64,000 bases of DNA. Origin: Octopus sinensis. Its lineage: Eukaryota. This document shows positions 38,200-51,487 of this stretch, piece by piece. Location of the stretch: the NCBI RefSeq assembly GCF_006345805.1, contig NC_042998.1, positions 38,440,001 to 38,504,000 on the forward strand, given 5' to 3'. Position numbers and translations under genes: made by a program. The notes beneath the pieces are model-generated. The model searched no databases, had not been told where the DNA came from, and worked only from the letters and a program-made list of their open reading frames with translations. The number at the start of each line of letters is the position of its first letter. The stretch's first letter is position 1.

Positions 38200-40295
38200 A
38201 ACGGGAAGCTTTATGAAAATAAACAAAAGACGAAGGCAGGTGGAAGACAAACGAACAATTGTATTAGTATGGCGCTCAGGAAATATAAATAAAACAAGTC
38301 TTTAACGTTTCGAGCCTACGCTCTTCAACAGAAAGATACACAGAGAGAGAAAAACACAGAAAGAAGGAGAGAAAAAAAATGCGTGCAGTAGCTAACGAAT
38401 CAACATGGCGATCTGATTTCGGCCAGAGGTCAAAGATCAAACATGAGACGCGAGAGCGAAATAAGGGGAGATAATAGGGTTGATAAAAGGGTTGAGTGAC
38501 CAGCTAAAAGTGCGTGGGAGGGGTCTGGATGTGTGTATGTATAGGGTTGGTGTATGTATTAGTATGTATACGGGTGTGTGTGTGTGTGTGTATGAGAGAG
38601 TATTAGTGCGTAAGATTGGTCTGGACGTGCGTATGTATGGGGTTGGTGTATGTATTAGTATGTATTAGTATGTATTAGTACGTATTGGTATGTATAGGTG
38701 TGTGTGTGTGTGTGTGAGAGAGTATAAGTGCGTATGCGGGGTCTGGACGTGTGTATGTATAGGGTTGGTGTAAGTATTAGTATGTACTAGTATGTATTAG
38801 TACGTATTAGTATGTATTAGTTGGTGTGTGTATTAGTATGGCACATCATATGTGATGTGATGTGTAAAGTCATGTGTGTAGTGAGGAGAAGAGGGGGAGG
38901 GGAGAAGAGGGGGGAGAGAAGAGAAGGGGGAAGAGGAGACGATGGGGGAGAAGGAAGGTGAGGAGGGGGATGAAGGAGGAAAGAGGGAGAGGGGGAGAGA
39001 GAGAGAAGGGAGAGAGGGAGTGAGGGAGCAGAGGGAAGGGGAAGAGGGAGGGAGAAAGAGGGAAGAAGGGAAGGGGAGTAGGGGTGAAAGGATGAAGGAC
39101 TGAAGAAGTAGGGGTCGGGGGGAGAAAGGATAGGTGAGGAGGGGGAGAGGGGGGTTAGATGAGGAGGGGGGGGAGAGTTGAGACCAAATGGCGTATAAGA
39201 GCGAAGAGAGAAGATTAATTCCTGTTCACGGCGCAAACGGGAATCCGGATGGCCTCTGTGTAAGGACAAACCGAACACAGATAGGTGTTGCAAGGAGTGA
39301 CCGGTGGAGCGGAAATGGCAAGGAGTGACCGGTGGATGTCACGAAGGTGTTCCGCGAACCGGTCAGCCAAGCGGCGTCCCGTTTGTCCGATGTACAAGGA
39401 ATTGCAGAGAGAGCAAGAGATGCAATAGATAATATTGCTGGAGGTGCAGGTGAAGGAGTGGATGATGGGATAGGGTCGATGGTGGGTGCTAGTGAGGCGG
39501 GTGGTGTTGGAGAGGTAAGGGCAAGTGCGGCAACGTGGGCGGGAGCAGGGGAACGAGCCGGGTTGGGAGGTAGGGTCAGGGAAGGAGCTATGGACCAAAA
39601 GGTCTCGAAGGTTGTGGGCTCGTTTGAAAGAGGGGAGGGGTCGGTTAGGGAAGAGGTGTGAAGTGGACGGGTCGGACTGGAGATGACGGAAAGCTCGAAG
39701 AATGGTGCGTTGGAGACGTAGGGTCGTGGGGTGGTAAGTGAGGGAAAAGGGAGGCGGGAGACTACAGGGCGGGTTCGGGGAGAGAGAGCAGATACACGGT
39801 CACGGACCGTGCTCTGGCAAGGGCGGTGTGGATAGTGGTGAGGGGGTATCCACGTAGGGTGAAGTGGTGAGCCATACGTTGAGACTGAGTCTCAAAGTCA
39901 TGGTCGTCACTACAGAGCCTACGTAGACGGAGGAGGAATTGGGAATAGGGGATGGAAAGCTTGGTGTGTTCTGGGTGGGAGGAAGAGAAGTTGAGGTATG
40001 AGTGTGAGTCTGTGTGTTTGTAGTGAATGGAGGTGGTAAGAGTGGAGTGAAGAATGCTAACCGAAATGTCGAGGAAGGAGACAGAGGTGTTGGAGATAGT
40101 GGAAGTGAAGTGGAGGGCTGGATGGAAAGATTGGACGAAAGAGAGGAAGGAATCTAGATGTTCGCGGGAGAGTGAGGTGGCACCGATAATGTCGTCAATA
40201 TAACGACCATATAGTTCAGGAGTGGGACCAGTGAAATTAGAGAATATTTGGGCCTCAACATAGCCAACGAACAGGTTCGCATAGTTGGGGCCCAT
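38200..40295 (-). mobile_element. Penelope-like retroelement (Neptune-like), 5'-truncated, with 3' terminal repeat
   Basis: MGPNYANLFVG, YGRYIDDI, SFLDI, YKHTDSHSYLNFSSSHP..IPYSQF, zinc linker PCSRPRCRTC, GIY-YIG NIIYCISCSLC..YIGQTGRRLADRFAEH. C/T-rich 3' tract, then a terminal repeat. Confidence 0.92.
38298..38340 (-). ncRNA. Variant minimal hammerhead-like motif in the Penelope terminal repeat
   Basis: TCTTT-CTGTTGAA-GAGC-gtag-GCTC-GAAA-CGTT-AAAGA: stem I TCTTT/AAAGA, stem II GAGC/GCTC, palindromic AACGTT. The core deviates from CUGANGA. Confidence 0.45.
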
Positions 40296-41836
40296 TCGCG
40301 TGTATGTATATACATATATGTATCTGTATATATAAATAAAAGAATATATCTATGTATATCTACATATACATACATGATACACAGATACATGCACATATTA
40401 CGTATATGTGGAGTCATTCGAGTTTGCGTGTGTGTCTGTGTGTAGGTGTATGTGTGTGGATATGTTCGAGTTGCAATCAAGGGATTCTGGGTTTGATCCC
40501 AACGTGGGCCATTTTCTTGAAAATTGTTTTCTCAGTAAAGCTTCGAATAGAATCAAGTTATGATGGTAAATATGAGCGAAATTATGGATGCTTGTTGAAC
40601 GGGGAGTAAATGTAACCAAGGATCCAGCGTTGTCATACACTGCCCCAGATTGCCGCAAGGAAGCACAGTTCCATACAGTCACGGGAGATCACCACCCCAC
40701 AGTGTAGTTTCGCATCACACACACATAAAGTCACATCTGTCTAAATAGATTTATTTATCTGTGTATGTATCCGGACACACGGACAGACGGACACACACAC
40801 ACACATATAATCTAGTGCGTACGTATAAGAATGTGCATCTCTGTACAAACAAATATGTGTGAAAAAGTGAATGACGCACGAAGATTTATTCCAAACAAAT
40901 CTTCCAGTGGACGTATTTTCCATATTTTCTATTTTTCATCCGAAAATTCTTTCCACCTTTTCAATGTTTTCTGTTTATGTATTATAGATTATTTTACTCC
41001 TATAATCCCAACTTCAAGCAGTTTTTTTTTTTCCCTGGAAATATATTCTGAGGAAAACTTTTTCATCGAAGTTTTTTCCCCGTATAATCCTTTTTCACGA
41101 CATTTTCTATATTAATTTCCAATATTTATGTATCAAAAAGCAGAAGTGATTTATATATCAACAACTTAATTCTATCACCTTGCATATACAATCCCACTTT
41201 CGAATTCAAATATTCCACGCATTTTCCGTTTTCTTTTATTTAGAATGTTTACTTGCCGTCTTTGATCTGGCTTTCATCATCAGCCGGGAGTTGGATGTGT
41301 GATTCCTGGTTATGCATGTATGTATAACTTGGTTGATGTATAAATATAATAAAATATATCCACGGTATTTAAGAACTCAGTTATTTACACATCGTTAAAA
41401 TCCAATACATTATTACAATGCATTGGATATTGGTGGTATATAAATTTGCGTGTATCCTCAGAATTAGCCAATATGATAATTCAGAGAAAAAAATGTTTAG
41501 AATGGCGAAAAAAACTTTTAAAAAATTCCCCAGAAAGGCAGAAATTACAGATGTGGTTCATATGTTATGTGATCTCTGTAGCAGTGTAAATAGCATAACA
41601 TCATCAGAATTTATATAATTACGTAATTAACATGCACAATTAATTTATGTATGTTTGGCTGCTCATTTTGTCAATTTTTTCTCCTAAGGAAATATGTATC
41701 CTATCACTTTTAAATAGATTAATTAGGTATGTTAATAACGTAATTATATAAGTCCTGATTTTATTCTGTTGAAACTGTTGTAGAGAACAATTGAATTATG
41801 AATCGTATGAGAAATTTATGCTTTACTGCTTATTAA

Positions 41837-41936
41837 NNNNNNNNNNNNNNNNNNNNNNNNNNNNNNNNNNNNNNNNNNNNNNNNNNNNNNNNNNNNNNNN
41901 NNNNNNNNNNNNNNNNNNNNNNNNNNNNNNNNNNNN
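41837..41936. other. Assembly gap (100 N)
   Basis: Run of exactly 100 n. Confidence 1.
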
Positions 41937-42643
41937 TAGAAAGATTATCTGTAGATTTGTAATCAGTTGTCCACACACGTTCTTTGCCTCAGTGATTTCG
42001 AAAATAATGTTCTGATTCGCTGGGCAATTATTTTTGCTCAGCCATTATAGATGGTCTTCGAACCAATTATAATTGCGTTTGACGGATGGCATCTATTGCT
42101 TTAGCTACAAAAATCTTAACTCCACGGAATGTAGAACACTAATTATATTTAAACATAATCATCCGTAAATATAAGACAACTCAACATTTTCAGCTGCACC
42201 CAAGAAATCTAAACGCTTGCCTACGCCAGTCTTCAATACATATTTGTACGTACCTCATGCTCTCCTACCGCAAATGCTAAACCTTCAAAATGTGACGTGA
42301 TTAATCTTTAGAAATCTAAGAGAGTTTAAACACATCCCATCAATGTTAATCCCGTTCTTAAATTTTCGTGATACAAATGCACATATCTATGCACAAAACG
42401 CACAGACCAAAAAAAGCCTCATCCGTGAGTTTTAGATTAAAAATTGCAAACTTTTAAGATCACTTCCTGTTAACGTCTGATAGGATTATAGGGATCGTTA
42501 AGAAGATTCCACTTCATTTGTAAATGGCACTTGGATTGTTCCATGATTATAAGAAACTAAAACATTAACATTTGGATACATTGCAAAAGAATACATATCT
42601 ATGATTGAAAAGACTAAATTCTAATATAAGACTTCCGACCCAA

Positions 42644-43284
42644 ATAATCCTTTCTACTATAAGCACAAGGCCTGGAATTTGTGGGGAGGGGGATAGCCGA
42701 TTACGTCGACCCCAGTAATTAACTGGTCTTTAATTTATCGACCATGACAGGATGAAAGGCAAAGTCGACCTCGGCGGAATTTGAACTCAGAATGTAGCGA
42801 CGAGTGAAATACCTATTTCTTTACTACCCACAAGGGGCTAAACACAGAGGGGACAAACAATGACTGACAAACAGATTAAGTCGATTATATCGACCCCATT
42901 GTGTAACTGGTACTTAATTTATCGACCCGGAAAGGATGAAAGGCAAAGTCGACCTCGGCGGAATTTGAACTCAGAACGTAACGGCTGACGAAATACGGGC
43001 TACGCATTTTGCCCGGCGTGCTAACGTTTCTGCCAGCTCGCTGCCCTTCCATTTCTTTACTACCTACAAGAGGCTACACACAGAGAGGACAAAGAAGGAC
43101 AGACAAACGGTTTAAGTCGATTACATCGACCCCAGTGCCTAAACTGGTACTTAATTTATCGACCCCCGAAAGGATGAAAGGCAAAGTCAACCTCGGCGGA
43201 ATTTGAACTCAGAACGTCGCTGCAGACGAAATACCGCTAAGCATTTCGCCCGGCTGTGCTAACGTTTCTGCCAGCTCACCGCCT
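42644..43284 (-). mobile_element. Three family B SINE units in head-to-tail tandem
   Basis: GGATGAAAGGCAAAGTCRACCTCGGCGGAATTTGAACTCAGAA occurs at about 42751, 42934 and 43172. Confidence 0.88.
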
Positions 43285-45214
43285 TACTTCCGACTTCCTA
43301 CCCAAATAATGTGGAATATAACACAAGCTATCATCAAAGACGTTCCAGCCGCAACCACCGCGTCTTTTGATTCCTGACGCAGGGCATATATTTTCCTCTT
43401 TTCTAGCAACATGATCCGCCCTACTGAGGCCTTCTTAGCTTCTTTTAACGAATATATAGAATGTATAAGAAAAATACATGGATGATAATAAACAACTTTG
43501 GATAGTGACGTATTGTCGAAAACTTGGCTGAGTAGATTAAATCGAGTTAGTTAATCAATATCAAATGTGTTCATGTTGTAAGTGATGTCAGCAACGCTAG
43601 TGGCGTCAGTGGAATGTTCCATGCGTAGTTTAGTGTTAAATTTGTTAGGTTAGTAGTATGAAGCGAAATGTTTGTATTTAAATATTCACACTGTTAAGAT
43701 TAAAATCTGTATCCGGATTGATTTGTGAAATTGAGTAATCATTTTAAGTGAGGCAACTTACACCAGCACTCATGATTATATATATATAAACTACTCGAGC
43801 AGCAATAACATGCAAACCGTCTTTGTTTATTGCGGTAGTATTGACCAGTAGGTTATCAATGTATCAAAGCAAATCTAATGCAGACTTCTCTAATAAAGCC
43901 ATGGTGCCATTATGAAGCAAAATCTTTCCTGCATCTCTTGCTAGAATATCAGTTTAAGCTTACATCCAATTTCAGTAAGTCTAGACATAGCATTTAGAGA
44001 AGATTTCTTTTACTTTCTATAATACAATTTGTGAAGACTTTCTTTGAGAAATACAAATTACCATGAAAGGAAATGGATGCAAAATGAACTTTATTGAAGT
44101 TCATAAGAGGGAAAACAAACATGCATAGAAAGTATTCTCCACCAGTTAGATATTAAAAAAAAATATGCCTGCCACGTCCATCTAATTCCACAGAGTATAA
44201 AGCTGTATTATAAAGCAAAACTTTAACGGAACATAATTTTTCATTACATGTTTGTTTCTTTCTAGTTCACAAAAGCATCAAATTTATCTGATTTCATGTA
44301 CTGTAACGTCAATTTTATGGTAAGAATACCGCTGTGGGAGTCTTTCATACTTTGTCCCATCAGTCAATAACACGCTTAGACTTTCTAATTCAGGCATTAA
44401 AAATGAAAATCATGTTTTAAGAGAGAGGAAGAAGAAAGGAATAGGAAAAAAAGAGGGGCGAGAGAAAAAAAACCCAATTAATGCAAAAATAACGAAGATT
44501 ATTTTTGCCTACAGATATAGATATTTCAACATAAACCTTGCAAAAATCCAAGCCGCGAAATATCGTTTTCTCGCCCCTGTTAACGCATAAGGGAAGGCAT
44601 TAGGACGTTATAAATAACAAGTTAGATCAGTGCAACAGTTCACACATTTTAATAAGTTATTGAAATCAGATTCGTTCATATCAATGCAGACAAAATTTAT
44701 TATGTACCCTAATTCATTAATTGCATTTACCTGGTGAGCATCAAAGTGAACATCAGGCTAAAACCAAGTTACAATACTTGAGAATCGCAGCCTCCTCGAC
44801 TTCATTTAGTTGGTATGGAAACGCTATGAATAGTACGCATATACTATACTCTCAACTTCTTGAAGTCATTCTGTTATGTATTTATCCATTCTTACTGAGT
44901 GTTCACAAGGTGCTAAAAAGATTAAAACTTAAGGGAAGTAGAATAAAATCCTTTCTAGACTTAGGATCGCCCTCTCGACGTTTTCAGTTCAAATATTTGT
45001 ATGACCAGCATTGTTTAGAGTCCTGTCCGATAGAATCAGATCTAAAATATAGTGGTGTGCTCCATATGCCAGTATCGCCTCCAATTGTAGGTTTGTAGCA
45101 AAAATTGGTACACTAAGTAGAAACACATGCAGCAAGAAACAGGATAGATACACACACAATCATATTATGTTAAATAGCAAATCAAAAGTAATTAACACAG
45201 ATACAGTATATATA

Positions 45215-45277
<63 letters not shown>

Positions 45278-45295
45278 AATATATATATATATATA

Positions 45296-45573
45296 TGAAG
45301 CGCATGGTCCAGTGGTTAGGGTGTTGCACTCAAAACCGCGAGATCATGGTTTCGATTCCCTGACCAGCCGGTGCGTTGTGTTCTTGAGCGTTGCTCTGCG
45401 ATCGTGTCGATATGTGAGGCGTGGTACAGTTGTGCACATGTACAGGCAATATCGATTTGATGGAGGGAATTAGTTTATGTGAACACAACAATCACTATAA
45501 ACAAATCATACATCGTTTAACAAAGGGAGAGTCCATGGTGCATAACTACACATGCGCGCACGCATGCACACAC

Positions 45574-45619
<46 letters not shown>

Positions 45620-45628
45620 ATATATATA

Positions 45629-45659
<31 letters not shown>

Positions 45660-45683
45660 CTATATATATATATCTATATATAT

Positions 45684-45718
<35 letters not shown>

Positions 45719-45996
45719 GAAGCGCATGGTCCAGTGGTTAGGGTGTTGCACTCAAAACCGCGAGATCATGGTTTCGATTCCCTGACCAGCCGGTGCGTTG
45801 TGTTCTTGAGCGTTGCTCTGCGATCGTGTCGATATGTGAGGCGTGGTACAGTTGTGCACATGTACAGGCAATATCGATTTGATGGAGGGAATTAGTTTAT
45901 GTGAACACAAACAATCACTATAAACAAATCATACATCGTTTAACAAAGGGAGAGTCCATGGTGCATAACTACACATGCGCGCACGCATGCACACAC

Positions 45997-46048
<52 letters not shown>

Positions 46049-46085
46049 ATATATATATATATATGTGTGTATATATATATATATA
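45296..46085 (+). repeat. Near-identical tandem duplication (~420-bp unit) of a tRNA-derived SINE plus TA microsatellite
   Basis: GAAGCGCATGGTCCAGTGGTTAGGGTGTTGCACTC..GGTTTCGATTCC begins at about 45297 and 45719. The non-microsatellite parts differ by about one indel. Confidence 0.9.
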
Positions 46086-46297
46086 GATACGAGTTACAAA
46101 TAGCTTCTTGCTTTGGAGGCACATCATGTCTCCAGCTCTCATCTTTATAATGTATACATTAAATGATAGCTATCTCTCATAGGGTGTTGATCTTACCATA
46201 ACGGAACAATAAACTGCGCGCGCGCGTGAGTGTAAGAGAGAGTGCGTATGCACATACAGGCAGTAATAGTTTGTTTCATATGCTACCAGGACTTCTC

Positions 46298-46347
<50 letters not shown>

Positions 46348-46364
46348 GTATGTTTGTATGTATA

Positions 46365-46860
46365 TACAGGGTGTCGTGAATATATTGTCGTCTAAATTAC
46401 GTAAAAATGAAAATAACACTGACACTCATTTTAACAGATATATTTACCAAAATTACATAAATATCTTGAAATACCAAAGAGTAAATTTATTCAATAAAAT
46501 CGCCATTGGCTTCAACCACGGCCTCCAGGCGACTTTGGAATCTCATGCTACTCGTCTGGACGGTGTCCTTCTTTAAGTTGGTGAATGCTGCCATAATCCT
46601 TGCCTTCAGTTCATCTTTGGTGTTACAAGGAATTTTGTTGGTCTCTCGCTCAACTGCACCCCACACATAATAATTAAGGGGATTGCAGTCTGGGGAGTTA
46701 CGTAACCATATGTTAGGGGTTGTGTGGTAGCAGAAATTGTCTGACAGCCATGACTGGGTTCTTCTGCTTGTGTGGTATGGTGCAGAGTCCTGTTTCCAGA
46801 CATAGGGGCTTCCAACAGCCATCCTCTTGACCAAGGGCAGCACTACCTTTTCCACACACA
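46365..46860 (-). mobile_element. Tc1/mariner DD37D (maT) transposon, 3' half
   Basis: QDSAPYH..NSPDCNPLNYYVW with 37 residues between the second D and the third catalytic position (mutated to N). Terminus TACAGGGTGTC. Confidence 0.88.
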
Positions 46861-49000
46861 CAGACTGACAGAACGGATTTTATATAATAGATAACTCTAC
46901 GTATAGACATATTTGTGCACACACACACACATATGTATGACTGGTTTCCGCGCAGTGAACGACAGAAATTACTTGCTTGAGGTACCATGCAAAGGAATCG
47001 AACCTGGGCCACATAGCTGTGAAAATAACTTCTTAGCCACACAAACATATCTCGCATAATATTATTCTGTCCTTCCTTTTATAATATCTTTAGATCGCAT
47101 AATTCTTAAGAGAAGTCTGGCTAGCATGTGATAGAAACTAATACTGCACTTATATTAGTTATTTCTTGTTTAGTGAGCTGAAAATGATAGAAATAACTTT
47201 TCGCCGGACACATGAAAATGCTGTATCTTATGTTGTATTAATGTGTTTTGTTGTGGCTAAACTACACCTGATATGTCAGCGAGATTATTTATATATCAGT
47301 CAATATGCCAAAAGAAATCATTTGCTTGTCTAGATTTAGAAATCAGTATTCTAGGAAAGCTACGACGCAACACTCCATAGAATATTTATATTAATTCTTT
47401 CTCTCTTTCCATAAAAATGTATCATCAGATGTTTTTGACATTTTGGATGTATCAGAAATATTTTTCATATAGGCGAGTGTTTACTATTTTAGTTAACTAA
47501 AATTGTTACCGATTGGTTAAGACATTAATTCTAGTGGAAGCATGGGTACTTTTGCCAACAGAAACAATTAGTCCCAAAAGGAGAAAAACATTGATGTTTC
47601 GAGCGGTTTTTGTTACATCCAATTTGTGTTGTTATTATACTAGCCGGATTCCTAGCTCCTTCACCATATTTTGTTTGAACGCTCTCACATTTATGTGGTT
47701 CATAGTTGCTGATTTTTTTTTTATCAGTTTGAAATACAATGTGTGGTTAACGCATCTTTTAATCGGCTGTAACCTTAAGTCTTATCACTGTTTTCTTATA
47801 TCTTATCACCTTATATTTCAACATTTATCATATCACTAAATAAGTAGCAGAACTGATTTAGAAAGAAAAAAAAAACATCTGGTAGGCTTAACATCGTAGG
47901 CGTCGATTCATTCAACAGCAATATAAAAGAAATAGTAGCTTAATCCATAATCCCAAAATGCTTTAGAGAGACTAATGCTGCTAAAAGATATAAAATTAGA
48001 AAATCAAACTACGAGAGAGTCAGCTTCGAGTGGAAGATACCCAAGCACACAGATACGTATACATTATACATATATATATATCCTAGGTAACGTCTGCTAA
48101 TCTTAAATTTTCTTAACCTTTGAGAGTTGATAGTTTTACAAAGCAGGAGATATATTCCTTTATTGTATTAAACTAAAACTCCAGACATAATCCAATACAA
48201 CGCTATCGAGAGGCAGTCAATCACTATTTTTGCTATTTTTAATTTAGTTCCTTTTATATCTTTATACGTTAATCCTCAAAGTACTTAATATATATACTAT
48301 TTAGCTATGTTTCTCTTAATTAGCTCTAGTGCCACGTATTTATTTTAAAACTTCAAAATTGAGGACTGGGATAATTTCTATATATTTTCGTTAATGTTAT
48401 TGAGAAGTTGCACGCGTATTGTCGATCTCATAATGATATCTGGTCATTTAGGGAAGATCGCTGTACTTTTGAATTTTTTAAAGTTCTTAATGTCAGATTT
48501 AGGCATTCATAAAAATGATTTTGAAGAAATTTGAGGTCTGGTATTTAGTCAAGGATTTAGAGGGAGCTTCTTGTTCTTTGTTGTAATGAGAGATATGTGT
48601 GTGAGTTAGAGAATAGTTATAAATGCCTTTTATACTTTCTGTAGAAATCTTTTCGTACAAGGTTTATTCCCCAGGATTAGAAAGTTTGAACTGAATAGCT
48701 CGAATTAAACTGACCCATTGCTACCGCTTTGTTTTCAGTACGCGGAGAGTGCTTTACTACAGAATACACATCTCGATATTAGAAGTCGTAATTAAAGCAT
48801 CTTAGTATACAATATGCAATGGAAGCTCCGTATTTACCGAAGTATAAATCTGTCTATCTTTTTTTTTCTCACGATCGCTTTTGATCGGAATTTTATTTTT
48901 CTCCTCTTTTTTTTTCCGAAAAGAAAAGCTCTACATTGTATTTTGTCCCCTTTGTGTCCGGCCCTGTGTGGCAATAAAGAAACTTATCTATCCATCCATC

Positions 49001-50148
49001 TACAGGGTGCGTAGATAGATTTGTTTATAAAAAAAAAACATATATAATAACAGATAACTTTATCAAAAATGCTATGAGGATGAAAATAAACTTTCTTTTC
49101 TATAATGTTATTCAATAAAGCCACCTTCAGCTTCAACAACTGTTTCTATATGAGATCTAAATCATCTACATGCTCGAATCAAGTGGTCCTGGTTCATTTT
49201 GGACATTACTCTGACTATGGCAGCTTTCAAAGAATCTCTGGTGTTATGAGCGCGTTCATTGACCGCTCTTTCAATAACGCTCCACATGTATTAGTCCACT
49301 GGATTGAGATCTGGGGAATCAGGAGGCCAATGTTAGGGGTTATGTGATCACGGAAATTTTCAGCCATCCATTCCTGTGTTACTAGAGCCATGTGTGATAG
49401 TCCAGAGTCTTACTGAAACACATATGGCCTTCCATTGCACACACAGTCTATCCAGGGCTTAACAATTATTTCTAGGACCTCCAATGTAGGTGGCAGAGTT
49501 AAATCTAAGGTCTCGTGGAAAGAAGTAAGGAGGCATCACATGTCCTTCATTGCTAACAAACCCCAAGGCTATGACAGTTGCAGTGAATTTTGTATGCATA
49601 ACACTTGGAACTTCAGAAGGGTTTGCAAATAACCACCTGTAATTTCTTCTGTTAAATTTCTTATCTTGGTCGAAGTTTTTTTTTGTTTGAGAAAAACCTA
49701 ATCAAATCTTCTTCTGCTGGATTTTTCAGTTTGTTTAATAACCTTTTAGATCTGATGTAGTGATTTTCGTTTGCTTTTTCTGACGAATTGACCTTTCATT
49801 ATCATATAAGACTTATATCTGATGACTTCATGGATAACATTTCTGACTGTTCGTTCTGGCAGACGGAGATCTTTTGCAATTGACCTCATGGACTTTCTGG
49901 GATTATAATCAATGGTCTGTTGAACTTGCTGGATAAATACATGTGTTCTGATGATTTCAGAGCGTTTAGAATGATTTTTTTGCTTTGATACTGGTGATAC
50001 GTTCCCATATTCAGTCTCTCCTTACAAACTTTGCACATGTAAGATCTGGCAACTTTTAAAAATCGAGATATTTCTAAATCACTATGCTCAGCCTTTATAA
50101 CCACAATAACAGCATGCCTCTACATTTTCGGAGTAAGCTGAGGTCTGC

Positions 50149-50181
<33 letters not shown>

Positions 50182-50267
50182 CTGAAACAAAGATTATACA
50201 GAGTTAGTAAAAAATGCATCAATGACCCCCAAAAAGGTGTGTCCTGAAAAACCTTACGCACCCTGTA
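49001..50267 (-). mobile_element. Tc1/mariner (probably DD37D) transposon, near full length, transposase pseudogenised
   Basis: TIRs TACAGGGTGCGTA / TACGCACCCTGTA; N-terminal HTH-like EISRFLKVARSYMCKV; WPPDSPDLNPVD*YMW. Confidence 0.85.
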
Positions 50268-50284
50268 TGTGTGTGTATATGTAA

Positions 50285-50640
50285 AAAAAATGCAAAATGG
50301 AACAAGAACGCAAAACATCCAGAGAGTTAGGTGATACAAAAAAACGGACAACAAAATATCCAGATAGACAATACAAAGAAAACAAGGACGAGTCATTCGG
50401 AGTCATCTTTCCTCAGTCGAGTTCCAGATTATCGTTGCAATTTCGGCTGGTTATACTCGAGATTGTTCCAATCTTGCCAGCCTCAAGGAAAAACTAAGCT
50501 AAGAGCATTAGATTCCTTGGAAGAAAGCAGTGAATGTATACGAAAACAAGGACGGAAAAAAATGGAGAAGGTTACACAAATACAAATAACAAGACATAAC
50601 AACAGATTTCTTTCGACTAAGGATGAATTGAATTAAGCTG
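50285..50640 (-). repeat. Dispersed structured repeat (Penelope-end-like), related to 24075-24200
   Basis: Shares GGACAAGAACG..AAACAT..GGACG..CATTCG..TCAGTC..GCAATTTCGGCTG with the 24.1-kb fragment. Confidence 0.5.
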
Positions 50641-51487
50641 ACGTTTGTGAAATTAAGCAGGGATACAATATTTCACAGGCACATGGAGGATTATAGACGT
50701 TGCAACAAATCGGGTTATTGTGACATTTACAATATTCAGTTTCGGAACGAAATAATCAATCAACACATAAAGAATTCTAAATAATATAATGAACATTTTG
50801 CAGTTCTTTTGTTAAGAAATAATTTGCAAATAATGATAGAAGCAACCTTAATTTTCCATTAATCACAAATGGATATGTTACTATGTATCTATGTGTCTGA
50901 CTGGAGTTAACTGATCGTCTACAAACATCACAAGACAATGCCTGTATTGCAAGTTAGGCTTCAGATTAATTCATGTACGGAAGTAAAATTGGTTTGAAAA
51001 GAACAATGCAGGATATGAAGGTCCTAGTTGGATGATGGAAGAAATAACGAACAGTTTTGTACTTAATAACAACCTTCTTTTATGTACGAAATCAGTTTAG
51101 CACATGCTTTCTTTCTTTTCCTCTTAATTTCTTTCTGTCATAAATCGATACAAATAAATATTTCGAACTTGGTCATTTTGATGGATAGTGTTTACTTTAA
51201 TCAGTTCCGTTTGTGAATGCTAATCTAATGGCACTCAAGTATTACAACCAGAATGGATTAAATATTGATTGTATCGCCAGTTTTAGTTAATACGTTTACG
51301 TCTTTATGTGTTAAAATATCCTATCGAATAATTTTACAATTAATGACATGGACCCGGTAACTTTTCTTTCCGCATGGACTTGCACAAACTTCGTATAAAC
51401 TAGTGATTCGTATTTGTAAAGCGAACACATTACGTCAGTTCCGGACAACTTAACAATCGTTTACATAAATATTTATCTTGATCAGTA

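Noticed and set aside
38817-39293. Pro/Ser/Leu-rich 158-aa ORF
   Set aside because: Read-through from the Penelope GIY-YIG end into its C/T-rich low-complexity 3' tract.
45297-45370. tRNA gene (also the SINE heads at 27801 and 58062)
   Set aside because: A and B boxes are present but there is no complete cloverleaf, and the sequence runs on into SINE body.
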